Notes under the pieces: model-generated | The model's database searches: none | What the model saw: the letters and a program-made list of their open reading frames with translations, nothing else | Told to the model about the DNA's origin: nothing | Made by a program: the position numbers and the translations under genes | Part shown: piece by piece, positions 37,709 to 48,146 of the stretch | How the letters are laid out: every line of letters starts with the position of its first letter | Position numbering within the stretch: the stretch's first letter is position 1 | Source: Gemmatimonadales bacterium | GTDB taxonomy: Bacteria > Gemmatimonadota > Gemmatimonadetes > Gemmatimonadales > GWC2-71-9 | Length of the DNA: 64,000 nucleotides | Assembly: GCA_041615815.1 (NCBI GenBank) | Contig: JBFJCP010000004.1 | Span: 96,001 to 160,000, forward strand | Reading direction: 5' to 3'

Positions 37709-38421
37709 CCCACGGCCGTAGGCGCGCGGTGCTCGTCGGATGCGACCGCCCCATCCACCAATCGAACCAGACGTCGGGCCCGCTCCATCACGCGGGGATC
37801 GTGGGTGGCAAACACGAAGGTGGTACCCAGCTCCCGATTCAGTTCTTCCATCATGTCCAAGAGCGTGTCGCTGGTGTGGGAATCGAGGTTGGCAGTGGGC
37901 TCGTCGGCGAGCACGAGTGCGGGCTCACCCACGACCGCCCGGACCACGGCAACCCGTTGTTGTTGACCGCCCGAGAGCTTTCCAGGACGGCGGTCGGCAA
38001 GCCCTTCCAGTCCCGTTCGTTTGAACAAGGCGTGCACCCGCTGCCGCCGCTCGTCGTCGTCCATTCCCTGGAGCAACAGCGGGAACTCCGCGTTCTCGAA
38101 CGCGGTGAGCACCGGGAGCAGATTGTACGCCTGGAACACGAAGCCGATGTGTTCGAGGCGCATTCTGGCGAGTTCGCGGTTCGACATGGCGCTGAGTTCG
38201 CGACCCGCCACCCAAAGCTCGCCTTTCGTGGCCCTCGTGAGGCCACCCATCAAGTTGAGCAGCGTCGTCTTGCCAGAGCCGGAGGGTCCGGCCATTGCTA
38301 CGAAGGCGCCCGCGTCGATTGCTAACGAGACGCCGCTCACGGCATGCACGTCTTCCGGCTCTTGCTTGAACGTTTTCCACACGCCTTCCGTCCGCACAGC
38401 CACGCGGTCGTTGTCAGTCAT
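37705..38421 (-). CDS. ABC transporter ATP-binding protein (LolD/MacB-like)
   Basis: GPSGSGKT, LSGGQQQRVA, LADEPTANLD and ATHD motifs. Confidence 0.95.
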   Translation of the reverse strand: MTDNDRVAVRTEGVWKTFKQEPEDVHAVSGVSLAIDAGAFVAMAGPSGSGKTTLLNLMGGLTRATKGELWVAGRELSAMSNRELARMRLEHIGFVFQAYNLLPVLTAFENAEFPLLLQGMDDDERRQRVHALFKRTGLEGLADRRPGKLSGGQQQRVAVVRAVVGEPALVLADEPTANLDSHTSDTLLDMMEELNRELGTTFVFATHDPRVMERARRLVRLVDGAVASDEHRAPTAVG

Positions 38422-39695
38422 CGTTCGAATTTCATCGATTCGGCTACGTCGATGCGTGTGGCCCGGTATGCGGGATACAGCGAGGCGATCGCACCGACTA
38501 GGAGAATGAAGACGAGTCCCTGGATGACTCGAGCGGTTCGAAAGACCGGCACCACCACTGGCTCCATGACGACGCCGGAGAAACTCCACTCTTCGTTCCA
38601 CGCGAACGAGAAGTCCAGCCCGTTGCGAAAGAAGAACCATGTGAGAAAGAGTCCGAGGCCGATGCCCACCAAACCCGCGAGCGCGGTGAGCACGACCCCT
38701 TCCACCACCACCAAACCGCCCGTCTGTTGGGGAGTGAACCCGAGGGCTTGGAGCAGGCCGAACTCGCGGTACCGGTACATCACCGACATGAGAATCGTGT
38801 TGACGATCCCGAGTCCGATGATGGCGAACAGGATTCCCTGAAACAGATAGTTCCCGAAATCATCGATCTTGACGGCGGCATCGAGCTCGGGACTCGCCTC
38901 TCGCCAGGTGAGGACGTCCAGATCACCGGCAGCGATGATTGGCTCGAGCGAGCGACGAAGGACGCGCTGCACCGCGGGGACCCGCCGGCTCGACCGGACC
39001 AACACGGCCAGCGTGGTGACATCGTCGTTGGTCCCCAGCCATGCAGCGGCCGTGGCGAGCGGGACGTGGAGGACCGCCTGATCGATCTCGGGGATTCCCG
39101 TTCGGTACACACCCACCACGCGGACTAATTGACCGGCGATCTCACCCGCGGCGTCCTGTGTGGTCAGCACCATCCGGGATCCAACACGCACGTCGAGGGC
39201 TTCGCGGAGCCCCTCACCGATGTAGGCGGCCAAGCGATCGTCGGGCTCGAGGTAACGACCGTCCACGAGGCGGTCGTCCAGGATGGAGAAGCGCGCTTCG
39301 GCGAGCGGATCTACCGCCATGATCTGCGCGGGCCGCGCCCCCGCGGGCGAGCTCGCCAATCCTCCCACACTCACCATGGGGACCACGTCGAGGATTTCAT
39401 CCGCCAACTGCGGGCTGGCCAGGGCCTCTGCGGCCACGCGACGCGCGCCGGCTGGGACCCGATCGTCGATCTTCCGGCTGGCCAGATACCCCGGCGCTTG
39501 AATCACAATGTGGCCTGTGCCCATCCGCACGGCGGACTCTATCCAATCCTCATGGGTCCCATCTGCGATGGGCAAGCTGAACATGAGCAGCGTCCCACCG
39601 ATGATCATCGCGGTTGCGGTGAGTGTGGTCCGGCGTGCCTGCCGCCGCAGGTTCCGGAGGGCGAGGCGCACCATTACCGCTACGCGGGTCGTCAT
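38418..39695 (-). CDS. ABC permease (LolC/E-FtsX family)
   Basis: LALRNLRRQARRT and IVNTILMSV...REFGLL.ALG motifs; ATGA overlaps with neighbours. Confidence 0.9.
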   Translation of the reverse strand: MTTRVAVMVRLALRNLRRQARRTTLTATAMIIGGTLLMFSLPIADGTHEDWIESAVRMGTGHIVIQAPGYLASRKIDDRVPAGARRVAAEALASPQLADEILDVVPMVSVGGLASSPAGARPAQIMAVDPLAEARFSILDDRLVDGRYLEPDDRLAAYIGEGLREALDVRVGSRMVLTTQDAAGEIAGQLVRVVGVYRTGIPEIDQAVLHVPLATAAAWLGTNDDVTTLAVLVRSSRRVPAVQRVLRRSLEPIIAAGDLDVLTWREASPELDAAVKIDDFGNYLFQGILFAIIGLGIVNTILMSVMYRYREFGLLQALGFTPQQTGGLVVVEGVVLTALAGLVGIGLGLFLTWFFFRNGLDFSFAWNEEWSFSGVVMEPVVVPVFRTARVIQGLVFILLVGAIASLYPAYRATRIDVAESMKFER

Positions 39696-40954
39696 AGTCC
39701 CGACAGCGTGTCGGCAGGTGGGATCCGCGCGGCTCTGGCCGCTGGGTAGAGCGCCGCCAGCACGGCCGTGAGGAGCAATGCGCCGGATGCCCACAACGCA
39801 ATCGCTGGCCGATATTCGACGCGGAGCACAGGGCGCACGAGGGCGCCAAACATGGTGAAATCGCCGTACGCCCAACTCATGTCGGGTGGAGCGTTATGCC
39901 ACCACACGAGAATTGGGAACGACACCAACACGCCGCCGATGATGCTCAACAGCCCCAGCGCCAACGCCTCAAGCACCACGGTGAGCATGACGGCGGGAGG
40001 GGTCGTACCGAGGGCCAGGAGTACTGCGAATTCGCGGCGGCGCTCGAACGTGGCCATGAGCATCGTGTTGGCCACGCCGAACACCGCGATGCCGAACACG
40101 ATGGCTAGTACCACCCAATTCCAAGTACCCACGAGGCGCACGTAGTCCTGCATCTCCGGCCGGAGCTCCGTCCATGGTGCCACCTCCACGGGCGATCCCG
40201 ACGCGCCCAGCCGTTCCCGCAGCCGCGCGGCCGCGTCCGGTGCCAGCCACGGATCGGCTGTGGTGGCGGCAATCTCGTGAATCCGGCGAGGGTCCAGTGC
40301 GAGGAGAGCTTGCAGCGTGGCGAGGTCCAGGAGAGCGTAGGAGCCGTCGAGCTCGGTCATCCCGGTCCGAAACACACCGGACACGGTGAACAGGTCATTG
40401 CCCATCGACCCGTCCGCTGCGGGCGCGACGACCACAACTTCGTCACCCAGATCCACGGCGAGCTGGCGTGCCATCTCGACCCCAACCGCAATCGCGTGAC
40501 TTCCCGCCTGTGGCAGGTGGCCCCGAGTCACTCCCTGTGCCAACCGGCTGACCTGGGGCTCCAGCTGTGGGTGCATACCCATGAGGATCGCGGCGGTCGT
40601 GGCCTCACCCGAGCTCACGAGCCCGCCGGCGAACACCCGCGGCGCCGCCGCGGCGATGGCTGGCTCCTCTTCAACGGTCCGGAGCAGCGCGTCCACGTCC
40701 GCACCCTCGCGTCCACCGATGGTCTCATAGAGGCTGCGCTCTGGCCGGTAGTCGGTCGCGTGCACCTGGAGTTGTCCCGTGAGGAGCCCGGTCCCGTTCT
40801 CCACCATCTCCACGGTGAGTCCGTCCATGAGTCCCACCATGAGCACGACGGCGCAGTACCCGAAGGCGAGTCCAGCAGCGGTAATCAGGGTGCGGCGCCG
40901 ATTTCTCCCGAGGTTGCGCCATCCGATCCGCCACCAGGGATTGGCCACGGTCAC
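39692..40954 (-). CDS. ABC permease (LolC/E-FtsX family)
   Basis: WRNLGRNRRRT and ANTMLMATFERRREFAVLLALG motifs. Confidence 0.9.
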   Translation of the reverse strand: MTVANPWWRIGWRNLGRNRRRTLITAAGLAFGYCAVVLMVGLMDGLTVEMVENGTGLLTGQLQVHATDYRPERSLYETIGGREGADVDALLRTVEEEPAIAAAAPRVFAGGLVSSGEATTAAILMGMHPQLEPQVSRLAQGVTRGHLPQAGSHAIAVGVEMARQLAVDLGDEVVVVAPAADGSMGNDLFTVSGVFRTGMTELDGSYALLDLATLQALLALDPRRIHEIAATTADPWLAPDAAARLRERLGASGSPVEVAPWTELRPEMQDYVRLVGTWNWVVLAIVFGIAVFGVANTMLMATFERRREFAVLLALGTTPPAVMLTVVLEALALGLLSIIGGVLVSFPILVWWHNAPPDMSWAYGDFTMFGALVRPVLRVEYRPAIALWASGALLLTAVLAALYPAARAARIPPADTLSGL

Positions 40955-41742
40955 CGCCCCCCCGCGCGGAGTGAGCGCAGCGAGAAGAAACTCTCGGACA
41001 GTGAGATGTCGAACTCGACCTTGCTATAGCGGATCACGGTGCGCTCGCCGGGCTTGTCCTGGGGCAGCATTTCCATGACCGCTGGAACCAGCCGACCCCC
41101 CATCTCGCGGAAGTCGCCGAACGTGAGCACGCGAACGAGCGTGTCGTCTTCGTCGTAGTAATGCGCCCACGTCGGCATGAGGTCTCGCTTTCGCACCTGA
41201 TACTCGATATGGCCCCACACGACGGCCGCCTCGGATTTGGGCGTGAGCACGAACTCCCACACGTCGTCACCATCACGTACGCCGTCGAAGGCGATGGCGA
41301 TGTCGTAGTCCTCGACCAGTCGGCTTTCCTTCACGAGATCGTCGTTGGTGAAATGCGATCCCATCCACGATCCCATCATGAGGGATGCCGGGATCTTGAT
41401 GGTGCGGTCCACGCGGGGTAGGTAGTTCCAGATGTCGTCGCCGGCTTTGAGCGTAGCGGTGCCGGCTTCCTTGCGGGGTGCCGTGACCCGAATCAGCGAG
41501 TATTCGGTGCCGAGGGACCACACCTCCATGGTGACGCTTCGTTCCCAGTGTTCGGTCACGACGTCCATCGTGGCCACGCCGTAGCTCGATTCACCTCGCA
41601 AGATGCGATCGACGCGATCGATGATCTCGCGAGGGGTCTCCTGGGCGGATCCGGAGGATGCCATGGCGAGGACGGCTGCGGTGAGCGTGAACGCCCGTCC
41701 CCGGGGCGGTCTGGAGGACAGTGGTTGCAGACGCGTGCTCAT
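40951..41742 (-). CDS. LolA-like outer-membrane lipoprotein-sorting protein
   Basis: Signal peptide; WNYLP.VDR.IKIP and SWMGSHFTNDDL motifs; FFSLRSLR C-terminus. Confidence 0.85.
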   Translation of the reverse strand: MSTRLQPLSSRPPRGRAFTLTAAVLAMASSGSAQETPREIIDRVDRILRGESSYGVATMDVVTEHWERSVTMEVWSLGTEYSLIRVTAPRKEAGTATLKAGDDIWNYLPRVDRTIKIPASLMMGSWMGSHFTNDDLVKESRLVEDYDIAIAFDGVRDGDDVWEFVLTPKSEAAVVWGHIEYQVRKRDLMPTWAHYYDEDDTLVRVLTFGDFREMGGRLVPAVMEMLPQDKPGERTVIRYSKVEFDISLSESFFSLRSLRAGGR

Positions 41743-41872
41743 GACGTATCAACCTCTTTGTGGCCGTCTAAAGATGGTATGAGAGGAGGGTGAACAGAAT
41801 GAAGAGGCAGGACAAAGGGAGGAAGTAGGCAGATTGAAGGGTGCTGATGACAATCGCGAGCGGAACCCTTCG

Positions 41873-42340
41873 TTAGCCTGCCCGCATGGCGTGAAGGATT
41901 TTCGGCACGTGCCTGTCGATCACGAACTTGCCGATTCCCACCGTCGCGAACGTCGAGAGGAACACCCAACCCCAGAATGGGGAGTCGGGAATGCGCGTGG
42001 TGGCCTCGGAGACCGCGGCGGCTACGAGTCCCACATACGACCAACTCATCCAGTACGCGTGCGCGGCGATCCACTGCCGCCGCGGCCAGCGAAACCGGAC
42101 ACACACGAGGCCCGCGACAACCGTGACGAGACTGATGAGGGCGGCGATGTGAAAGGGTCCAAAGCCGCCAAAGAGGCGATAGATGGCCAGTGCCGTGCCG
42201 TTGAGACCCAGCATGCTGAACGCGTAGGATCGCCCAGCCAGGCGGTGGGCCCTCGTGCCTTTGGCCAGCAGCACCGTCAACAAGCCAAAGCCCAACGCGG
42301 TGAAACCGAGAGTGACGTGGATCAGCGGTATCGTGCTCAT
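41873..42340 (-). CDS. DUF2306-like membrane protein
   Basis: KGT.AHR.AGR.Y, FGPFH and H.YWM.WSY.GL motifs. Confidence 0.8.
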   Translation of the reverse strand: MSTIPLIHVTLGFTALGFGLLTVLLAKGTRAHRLAGRSYAFSMLGLNGTALAIYRLFGGFGPFHIAALISLVTVVAGLVCVRFRWPRRQWIAAHAYWMSWSYVGLVAAAVSEATTRIPDSPFWGWVFLSTFATVGIGKFVIDRHVPKILHAMRAG

Positions 42341-42460
42341 GCCAGTGCATACGGGGTTCAGCACTCCGGGGTTTCGCCCGGTGCCGCGACGAGTGGCGAT
42401 TTACGTGGCGGACTGCCTATCTTGCGACCTTCACCGAAATACGAGCTTAGCACCCGCACC

Positions 42461-45400
42461 GTGACCACACTCGACCAGCGTCTCCAAGACGCCGTAGGTG
42501 ATGTCTACCGTATCGAGCGAGAGCTCGCCCGCGGCGGTATGAGCCAGCTCTTTCTCGCCACGGAGGCGTCGCTCAACCGACAGGTGGTCATCAAGCTGCT
42601 CCCGCCGGAAATGGCGAGCGCGGTCAGCGCAGCGCGTTTCAAGCAGGAAATGGAAGTCGCGGCGCAACTGCAGCATCCGCATGTCTTGCCGGTCCTCTCG
42701 GCAGGAGCCAGACACGATCTCATCTATTACGTGATGCCGTTTGTGGCGGGTGAGTCGCTCCGAACCCGCTTGAACCAGGAAGGCAAGCTCGAGGTGGATC
42801 GCGCCGTCCGGATCCTCTCGGAGGTGGCGGACGCGCTGGCCTACGCTCACGAGCATGGGGTGGTGCACCGCGACATCAAGCCGGAAAACATCTTGCTCCA
42901 ACAAGATCACGCGGTGCTCACGGACTTTGGGGTTGCTCGGGCCGTGGAGCAAGCGCGGGGTGGTGAGCGACTCACTGAACTGGGCGTGGCCGTAGGGACA
43001 CCGGGATACATGTCTCCGGAGCAGGCTGCGGGCGATCGCGACGTCGATAGCCGCGCGGATGTTTACGCGCTGGCCATCGTGGGGTACGAAATGCTGACCG
43101 GCGCGGCGCCATTCACCGGCCCCACCGCCCAGGCCGTGTTGGCGGCGCACCTCACGCAGGACGCCAAGCCCGTGCACGAGGTGGAACCGACCACGCCGTC
43201 GGCCGTGAGCGCGGCGATTGCGAAAGCACTGGCTAAAGATCCTGCGGAGCGGTTTCAGTCGGCCGCAGCGTTCCGGGACGCGCTTCGCGCCGCCACGTCG
43301 GTTCCCGCTACCGCGAGGCGTTCGTCACGGCTCCCACTCGTGGCGGCCGCGATGCTGCTCGTGATCGCCGCGGGATTCGTGCTCTGGCCGCGCGGCTATC
43401 GGATCGAGGGTGATCCCCGGCAGAGCATCGTCGTCTTTCCGTTCGAAAACAAGACAGGGGCACCGGAAAACGATTACCTCGAAGACGCATCGATGAACCT
43501 GCTGGGGCTGGCTGTAGGACATTGGGAGGACATGCGGGTTTACGATGACGAGCGCACCGGGTCGCTGCTTCGCCGCCGAGGCATCCTGACGCCTGCAGAG
43601 ATCGATTTTGATGCTGCGCGGGCGATGGCGCGCGAGGCGCGGGTCGGTACGCTGGTCTTGGGCGATATCCGACGTGAGGGCAGCGAGCTGGCCATCGAGG
43701 CCAAAGTGCACGACGTGGCGTCGGGCGACCGGATCGCCACGGAGCTGGTGCGGGCGACGCCCGATGGCGATCCGCGTCCCCTGTTCGACTCGCTGGCTGC
43801 ACGGATCCTTCGCGTGAGTGGCGCACCGGCAGGCGAGCGTCCCGATCTCCTGACCCAGACAACACAGTCGCTGGAGGCGTACCGCCAGTATCTCTTTGGA
43901 ACGGCAGCGCTGCAGCTGCTGGAGATCGATTCGGCCAAAGCGCATCTTCGCCGCGCTGTGGCGCTAGACTCGACGTTCGCCCTCGCGTATATCCGCCTCG
44001 TGGATGCTGACGGTTGGGCCGGGGTGGAGCGTGCGAGTCCCGCCGAGCGGCGGGAATTGATTGCCAAGGCGACCGCGTACAGTGAAAGACTACCACCGCG
44101 GTACCGCCAGCTCCTTCGGTTCCACGCCGCATACGAATCGGGACAGTTGGCGCGCGCGCGTCGGATTGCCGAGGAGATGATCGCGCACGATTCGAGCGAC
44201 GTCGAAGCCTGGTATCAGTACGGTGAGGCGCATTGGCACCATGGAGCCGGACGGTTTCCCCATCCCGACAGCCTGGGCAATATGGGCAAGGCCCTTGGAG
44301 CATTCGAGCAGACATTGCGCCTCGATTCCGGGTACGTTCTGGCCTACCTCCATCTCACGGACGTGCTCGGTTCCTGCGCCAACGACAATCCATGGCTGTG
44401 CTTGTTGAACGGTGATTCGGCCGTGTATGGAACGACGGCCGAGCTGGTGGAGCGATACGGACAGGAGCGTGTGGATCGGCTCCGCGCTGCGGCGCGCGAT
44501 CGTCGGCTGGAAGCCGGGTACGCGTGGGTCGGGACTGCACCCAGCTCCGAGCGAGCACGAAACACTCTGATCAACATGCTGTTGGAGCGCGAGCTCTATG
44601 CGGAGGCAGAGAGTCAAATCGCGGTACTGCGCGCTAACGGCCAAACGGCCGTGGCCGATGGATGGGAGGCGCGGCGGGCGTTCGAGCAGGCAGAATACGC
44701 GGAGGCAGGTGCGGTCATCGAACGAGCACTGTCTGGCGGGCTCGGGGGCTTCCGGCAGCTGGCCAACGCAGGGCTCATCGATGTCATACTCCGCTCCCTC
44801 GCCGGGGCGGCGAGATTCGAGACGCTGCAGCAGGTATTCGACATCTTGGAGCAGCTCGGACCGGGGGACACGATCAACGCCAACAATGTCGTGCTCTCGA
44901 AGCGACTCTTCCGTCAGTGGTTCGACGCCCAAGCGGTGATCCTCCTGAGTGCGGACTCGGCCATCGTTGCTCGGGAAGCGCGCGGGTGGCTAGATACGTT
45001 GGCCGCGCACTACGAGCCCGGTACCGCGGCGCACGAAGACCGGTTGGCACAATCGGGTTCGACGGTGCTGATCGCGTACCTGGTGGCGCGTGATAGCAGC
45101 CTTCTCAGCCAGTTCCTCGCTGATATCGACACGACGGGTTCCCGGACTTGGCGTCCGATGCTGGCCCATCTGGCCTTTGCAAGGGGAGACACGACCACGG
45201 CGCGGGCTCGCATCACAGCGCATTTCGAGCGTCGCGACGAACTCGAGCTTCGGAATCAGCCGGGGAGCGTACGTCTCGTTGCGTGGGCCGACTTGATGGC
45301 ACGACTGGGACAGCCGGAGCGGGCCACGCAGGCGCTCGAGATCTTCGAGACCGACGAGGTGGGCGATAACCCGTGGGGTCCCATGCATGTTCGTTCGTGG

Positions 45401-45574
45401 GCCGAGCGGGGTGCACTGTATCAGGCGCTCGGGGATACAGACAGGGCCCTCGAGATGTACGAGCGTTTCATCGAGGCGTGGCAAGACGGAGGCACGATCG
45501 TGCAACCGCAGGTCCAGCGGGCTCGTGAGGCTCTCGCGGCGCTGCACGGCGAGACCCGCAGTCCACGTCGATGA
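42461..45574 (+). CDS. Hanks-type Ser/Thr kinase with a TM segment, TolB-N-like domain and TPRs
   Basis: RGGMS, VVIK, HRDIKPEN, DFG and GTPGYMSPEQ; TM LPLVAAAMLLVIAAGFVLW; SIVVFPFENKTG; TPR-like helices. Confidence 0.92.
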   Translation: MTTLDQRLQDAVGDVYRIERELARGGMSQLFLATEASLNRQVVIKLLPPEMASAVSAARFKQEMEVAAQLQHPHVLPVLSAGARHDLIYYVMPFVAGESLRTRLNQEGKLEVDRAVRILSEVADALAYAHEHGVVHRDIKPENILLQQDHAVLTDFGVARAVEQARGGERLTELGVAVGTPGYMSPEQAAGDRDVDSRADVYALAIVGYEMLTGAAPFTGPTAQAVLAAHLTQDAKPVHEVEPTTPSAVSAAIAKALAKDPAERFQSAAAFRDALRAATSVPATARRSSRLPLVAAAMLLVIAAGFVLWPRGYRIEGDPRQSIVVFPFENKTGAPENDYLEDASMNLLGLAVGHWEDMRVYDDERTGSLLRRRGILTPAEIDFDAARAMAREARVGTLVLGDIRREGSELAIEAKVHDVASGDRIATELVRATPDGDPRPLFDSLAARILRVSGAPAGERPDLLTQTTQSLEAYRQYLFGTAALQLLEIDSAKAHLRRAVALDSTFALAYIRLVDADGWAGVERASPAERRELIAKATAYSERLPPRYRQLLRFHAAYESGQLARARRIAEEMIAHDSSDVEAWYQYGEAHWHHGAGRFPHPDSLGNMGKALGAFEQTLRLDSGYVLAYLHLTDVLGSCANDNPWLCLLNGDSAVYGTTAELVERYGQERVDRLRAAARDRRLEAGYAWVGTAPSSERARNTLINMLLERELYAEAESQIAVLRANGQTAVADGWEARRAFEQAEYAEAGAVIERALSGGLGGFRQLANAGLIDVILRSLAGAARFETLQQVFDILEQLGPGDTINANNVVLSKRLFRQWFDAQAVILLSADSAIVAREARGWLDTLAAHYEPGTAAHEDRLAQSGSTVLIAYLVARDSSLLSQFLADIDTTGSRTWRPMLAHLAFARGDTTTARARITAHFERRDELELRNQPGSVRLVAWADLMARLGQPERATQALEIFETDEVGDNPWGPMHVRSWAERGALYQALGDTDRALEMYERFIEAWQDGGTIVQPQVQRAREALAALHGETRSPRR

Positions 45575-45609
45575 GCCCGGATTTCGAGACCTGACCGAAC
45601 GGGGAATCC

Positions 45610-46449
45610 ATGCGGTGGAAGCGAAGTAGGCGAAGCACAAACATCGATGACCGCCGAGGCCGTCGGGTCCGGCGAAGTGTGGGGATCGGCGGAGGAGCAG
45701 GCCTCCTGCTGGTGCTCGCCATCGTGTTGTTGGGTGGCGATCCCTCGGCCTTCTTGAACGTGGCCGGTGGCGCACCGGCCACGGCGCCCACAGCGACGCC
45801 GGCCGGCAACGACGAAGCGAGGGATTTCGTCTCGGCCGTGCTGGGATCGACGGAGGATTCCTGGGCGGCCATCTTTGCGCACGCGGGAGCGCGCTATCAG
45901 CCGCCAACCCTCGTTCTGTATACCGACCAAGTCCAATCCGCCTGCGGGTACGGATCGGCGGCCTCGGGCCCCTTCTACTGTCCTGCGGACTCCCAGGTCT
46001 ATCTCGACCTCGGGTTCTTCCGGGATCTGGCGCGAATGGGAGGTGCCGGGGACTTCGCCGCCGCTTACGTCATCGGCCACGAGGTCGCCCATCACGTTCA
46101 ACATCTGATGGGAACGTCCGGTCAGATTCATCGGGCGCAACAGCGTTCGAGTCGCACGGAGGCCAATCACCTCTCGGTGTTGCTCGAGCTCCAAGCCGAC
46201 TGCTACGCCGGAGTCTGGGCGCACCACGCCAACCAACGGCAGCAGATTCTCGAGCCGGGCGACGTGGAGGAGGGCCTCGCGGCGGCGGCGGCGATCGGCG
46301 ACGATCGTCTACAGAAGATGTCGGGCCGCGGAGTGCATCCCGAATCGTTCACGCATGGAAGCTCGGAGCAGCGGGTACGGTGGCTCCGCACCGGTCTCCA
46401 GACCGGGAGCGTGGATGACTGCGACACCTTCTCCCGCGGAACGCGGTAA
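45610..46449 (+). CDS. ypfJ: neutral zinc metallopeptidase (YpfJ family)
   Basis: S.NIDDRRG, GPFYCPAD, YVIGHEVAHHVQ, ELQADCYAG and SFTHGSSEQR motifs. Confidence 0.9.
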   Translation: MRWKRSRRSTNIDDRRGRRVRRSVGIGGGAGLLLVLAIVLLGGDPSAFLNVAGGAPATAPTATPAGNDEARDFVSAVLGSTEDSWAAIFAHAGARYQPPTLVLYTDQVQSACGYGSAASGPFYCPADSQVYLDLGFFRDLARMGGAGDFAAAYVIGHEVAHHVQHLMGTSGQIHRAQQRSSRTEANHLSVLLELQADCYAGVWAHHANQRQQILEPGDVEEGLAAAAAIGDDRLQKMSGRGVHPESFTHGSSEQRVRWLRTGLQTGSVDDCDTFSRGTR

Positions 46450-46464
46450 CGCCCGGGTCGGCGG

Positions 46465-46962
46465 ATGCATTTTCACACGATTCACCAGTTCCTGGCGTAT
46501 TACGAGCGCATCCGCGCCCGTACGCGGCGATTGATCGATTGCATTCCAGCCGATAGGATCGATTGGTCGTCCGCGCCGGACAAATGGACCTTTGCAGATC
46601 TGATCCGGCATCTCGCTGCCACCGAACGGTTCATGTTCGTCGAAAACGCCATGCGCCGGCCAAGCCGATACCCGGGGCACGGGCCTGAGCTAGCCCGGAC
46701 GCACGCCGCCGTCCTGCGATACTTGGACGATCGCCACGCCGAATCCGTGGAAATGCTCTCGACGCTCGGCGATGAGGACCTGCAGCAACAATGCGAGACT
46801 CCTGGCGGTACGCTCATCACGGTCTGGAAATGGCTGCGGGCGATGGTGGAGCACGAAGTGCACCATCGGGGGCAGATTTATCTCCTGTTAGGAATGCTCG
46901 GAGTCGCCACACCACCGCTGTATGGATTGACCTCCGAAGAGGTCCGGGAGCGCAGCGAATGA
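46465..46962 (+). CDS. DinB family protein
   Basis: DLIRHLAATER and EHEVHHRGQ motifs. Confidence 0.88.
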   Translation: MHFHTIHQFLAYYERIRARTRRLIDCIPADRIDWSSAPDKWTFADLIRHLAATERFMFVENAMRRPSRYPGHGPELARTHAAVLRYLDDRHAESVEMLSTLGDEDLQQQCETPGGTLITVWKWLRAMVEHEVHHRGQIYLLLGMLGVATPPLYGLTSEEVRERSE

Positions 46963-47066
46963 TCGGGCTGAGCGACGTTTCACACAGCCGGATCGGCCTC
47001 ATTCGACTACATTAGAGGATCCGCTTCGCACTCCTCCTCTTGTTTCCCCCATGATCGGAGTCATTG

Positions 47067-47531
47067 GTGACCATCGCACAGCAGGGCCACACGGTTCAAG
47101 TCCACTACACCGGCCGATTGCAGGACGGCACCGTGTTCGACTCGTCCGTCGGCAGAGATCCCCTCGAGTTCACGATAGGAGAGGAACAGGTGATTTTGGG
47201 CGTCGAGACCGCGGTGGTCGGTCTCCGGGTGGGCGAGCGTAAAGAGATCTCCGTGGCTCCAGAGGACGCGTACGGCCCGTACCGGGATGAGCGGGTCGTC
47301 GTCGTGTCCCGTGAGCAACTCCCGGACGAGATCGAGCCTCGGCCCGGCATGATGCTGCAAGGGCGGCTTCCGGGAGGATCCGTCGATTTCGTCGTGACGT
47401 CGGTCTCCGACGAGGATGTGACGCTCGACGCCAACCATCCTCTGGCGGGTAAACAGCTCGATTTCGAGCTGGAACTGGTAGCGATCGTGGCTGGCGAAAG
47501 CGGGCTTTCCTCCTTCTCCGGTGACCGTTAG
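47067..47531 (+). CDS. FKBP-type peptidyl-prolyl isomerase (SlyD/SlpA-like, no His-rich tail)
   Basis: VHYTGRLQDGTVFDSS, PEDAYG and LDANHPLAGK.L.F motifs. Confidence 0.92.
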   Translation: MTIAQQGHTVQVHYTGRLQDGTVFDSSVGRDPLEFTIGEEQVILGVETAVVGLRVGERKEISVAPEDAYGPYRDERVVVVSREQLPDEIEPRPGMMLQGRLPGGSVDFVVTSVSDEDVTLDANHPLAGKQLDFELELVAIVAGESGLSSFSGDR

Positions 47532-47591
47532 CTTGGAGATTGTGGAGGAACAGGTGTCTCTGTCCGGCACGTAGCACGCACCAGCGACGGG

Positions 47592-47630
47592 AAGGGACCT
47601 GCGGGTCGCGCAGGTCCCTTGTGTATTTTT
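47592..47630 (+). terminator. GC-rich hairpin with a T-rich tail (terminator or 5' part of the csp leader)
   Basis: AAGGGACCTGCG-GGTCG-CGCAGGTCCCTT followed by GTGTATTTTT. Confidence 0.55.
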
Positions 47631-47756
47631 CGGACCGGCTGGAACTTCGGGGCTCCAGCACCCCAACGCGGGGGGAGTGACCGCGGACACGATGACGGTT
47701 CCCGGCCGCTGGCAGACCGAGCAGCCCGGGCTTCATCGACGGCAAAGGAGTGAGCA

Positions 47757-47969
47757 GTGCGCACCACCGGTACGGTGAAGTGGTTCAACGACACGAAGGG
47801 CTTCGGGTTCATCAAGCGCGAGGACGGGGAACAGGATTGCTTCGTCCACCATTCCGCCATCTCGGGGTCGGGTTTCAAGACCCTGAAGGAGGGAGAGCGC
47901 GTGGAGTTCGACGTGGTGCAGGGGCAAAAAGGGCCTGCTGCACAAAACGTGACTCGCGTCGAGGTGTAA
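47757..47969 (+). CDS. cold-shock protein (CspA family), second paralog
   Basis: [15 protein letters not shown] and [17 protein letters not shown] with GTG start. Confidence 0.96.
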   Translation: MRTTGTVKWFNDTKGFGFIKREDGEQDCFVHHSAISGSGFKTLKEGERVEFDVVQGQKGPAAQNVTRVEV

Positions 47970-48146
47970 CTCCTTCACCGTCAAGTGGGTTGGCGGGGCG
48001 CCCGTCGGGGTAGCCCCGCCGACTCTTCGGCGCTCGCCACACCGCGCCCACCGCCACGCTCCCCGGCGTTAAACCTTTCCACGCTTTGCCGTATCCAATC
48101 GACCGATCGAACGCATCGTCGTGACATTCCGTCAGGGAGGCCTCCG

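Noticed and set aside
41834..42460. 209-aa N-terminal extension of the kinase in the ORF track
   Set aside because: It overlaps the opposite-strand DUF2306-like gene; kinase homology begins at the GTG at 42461.
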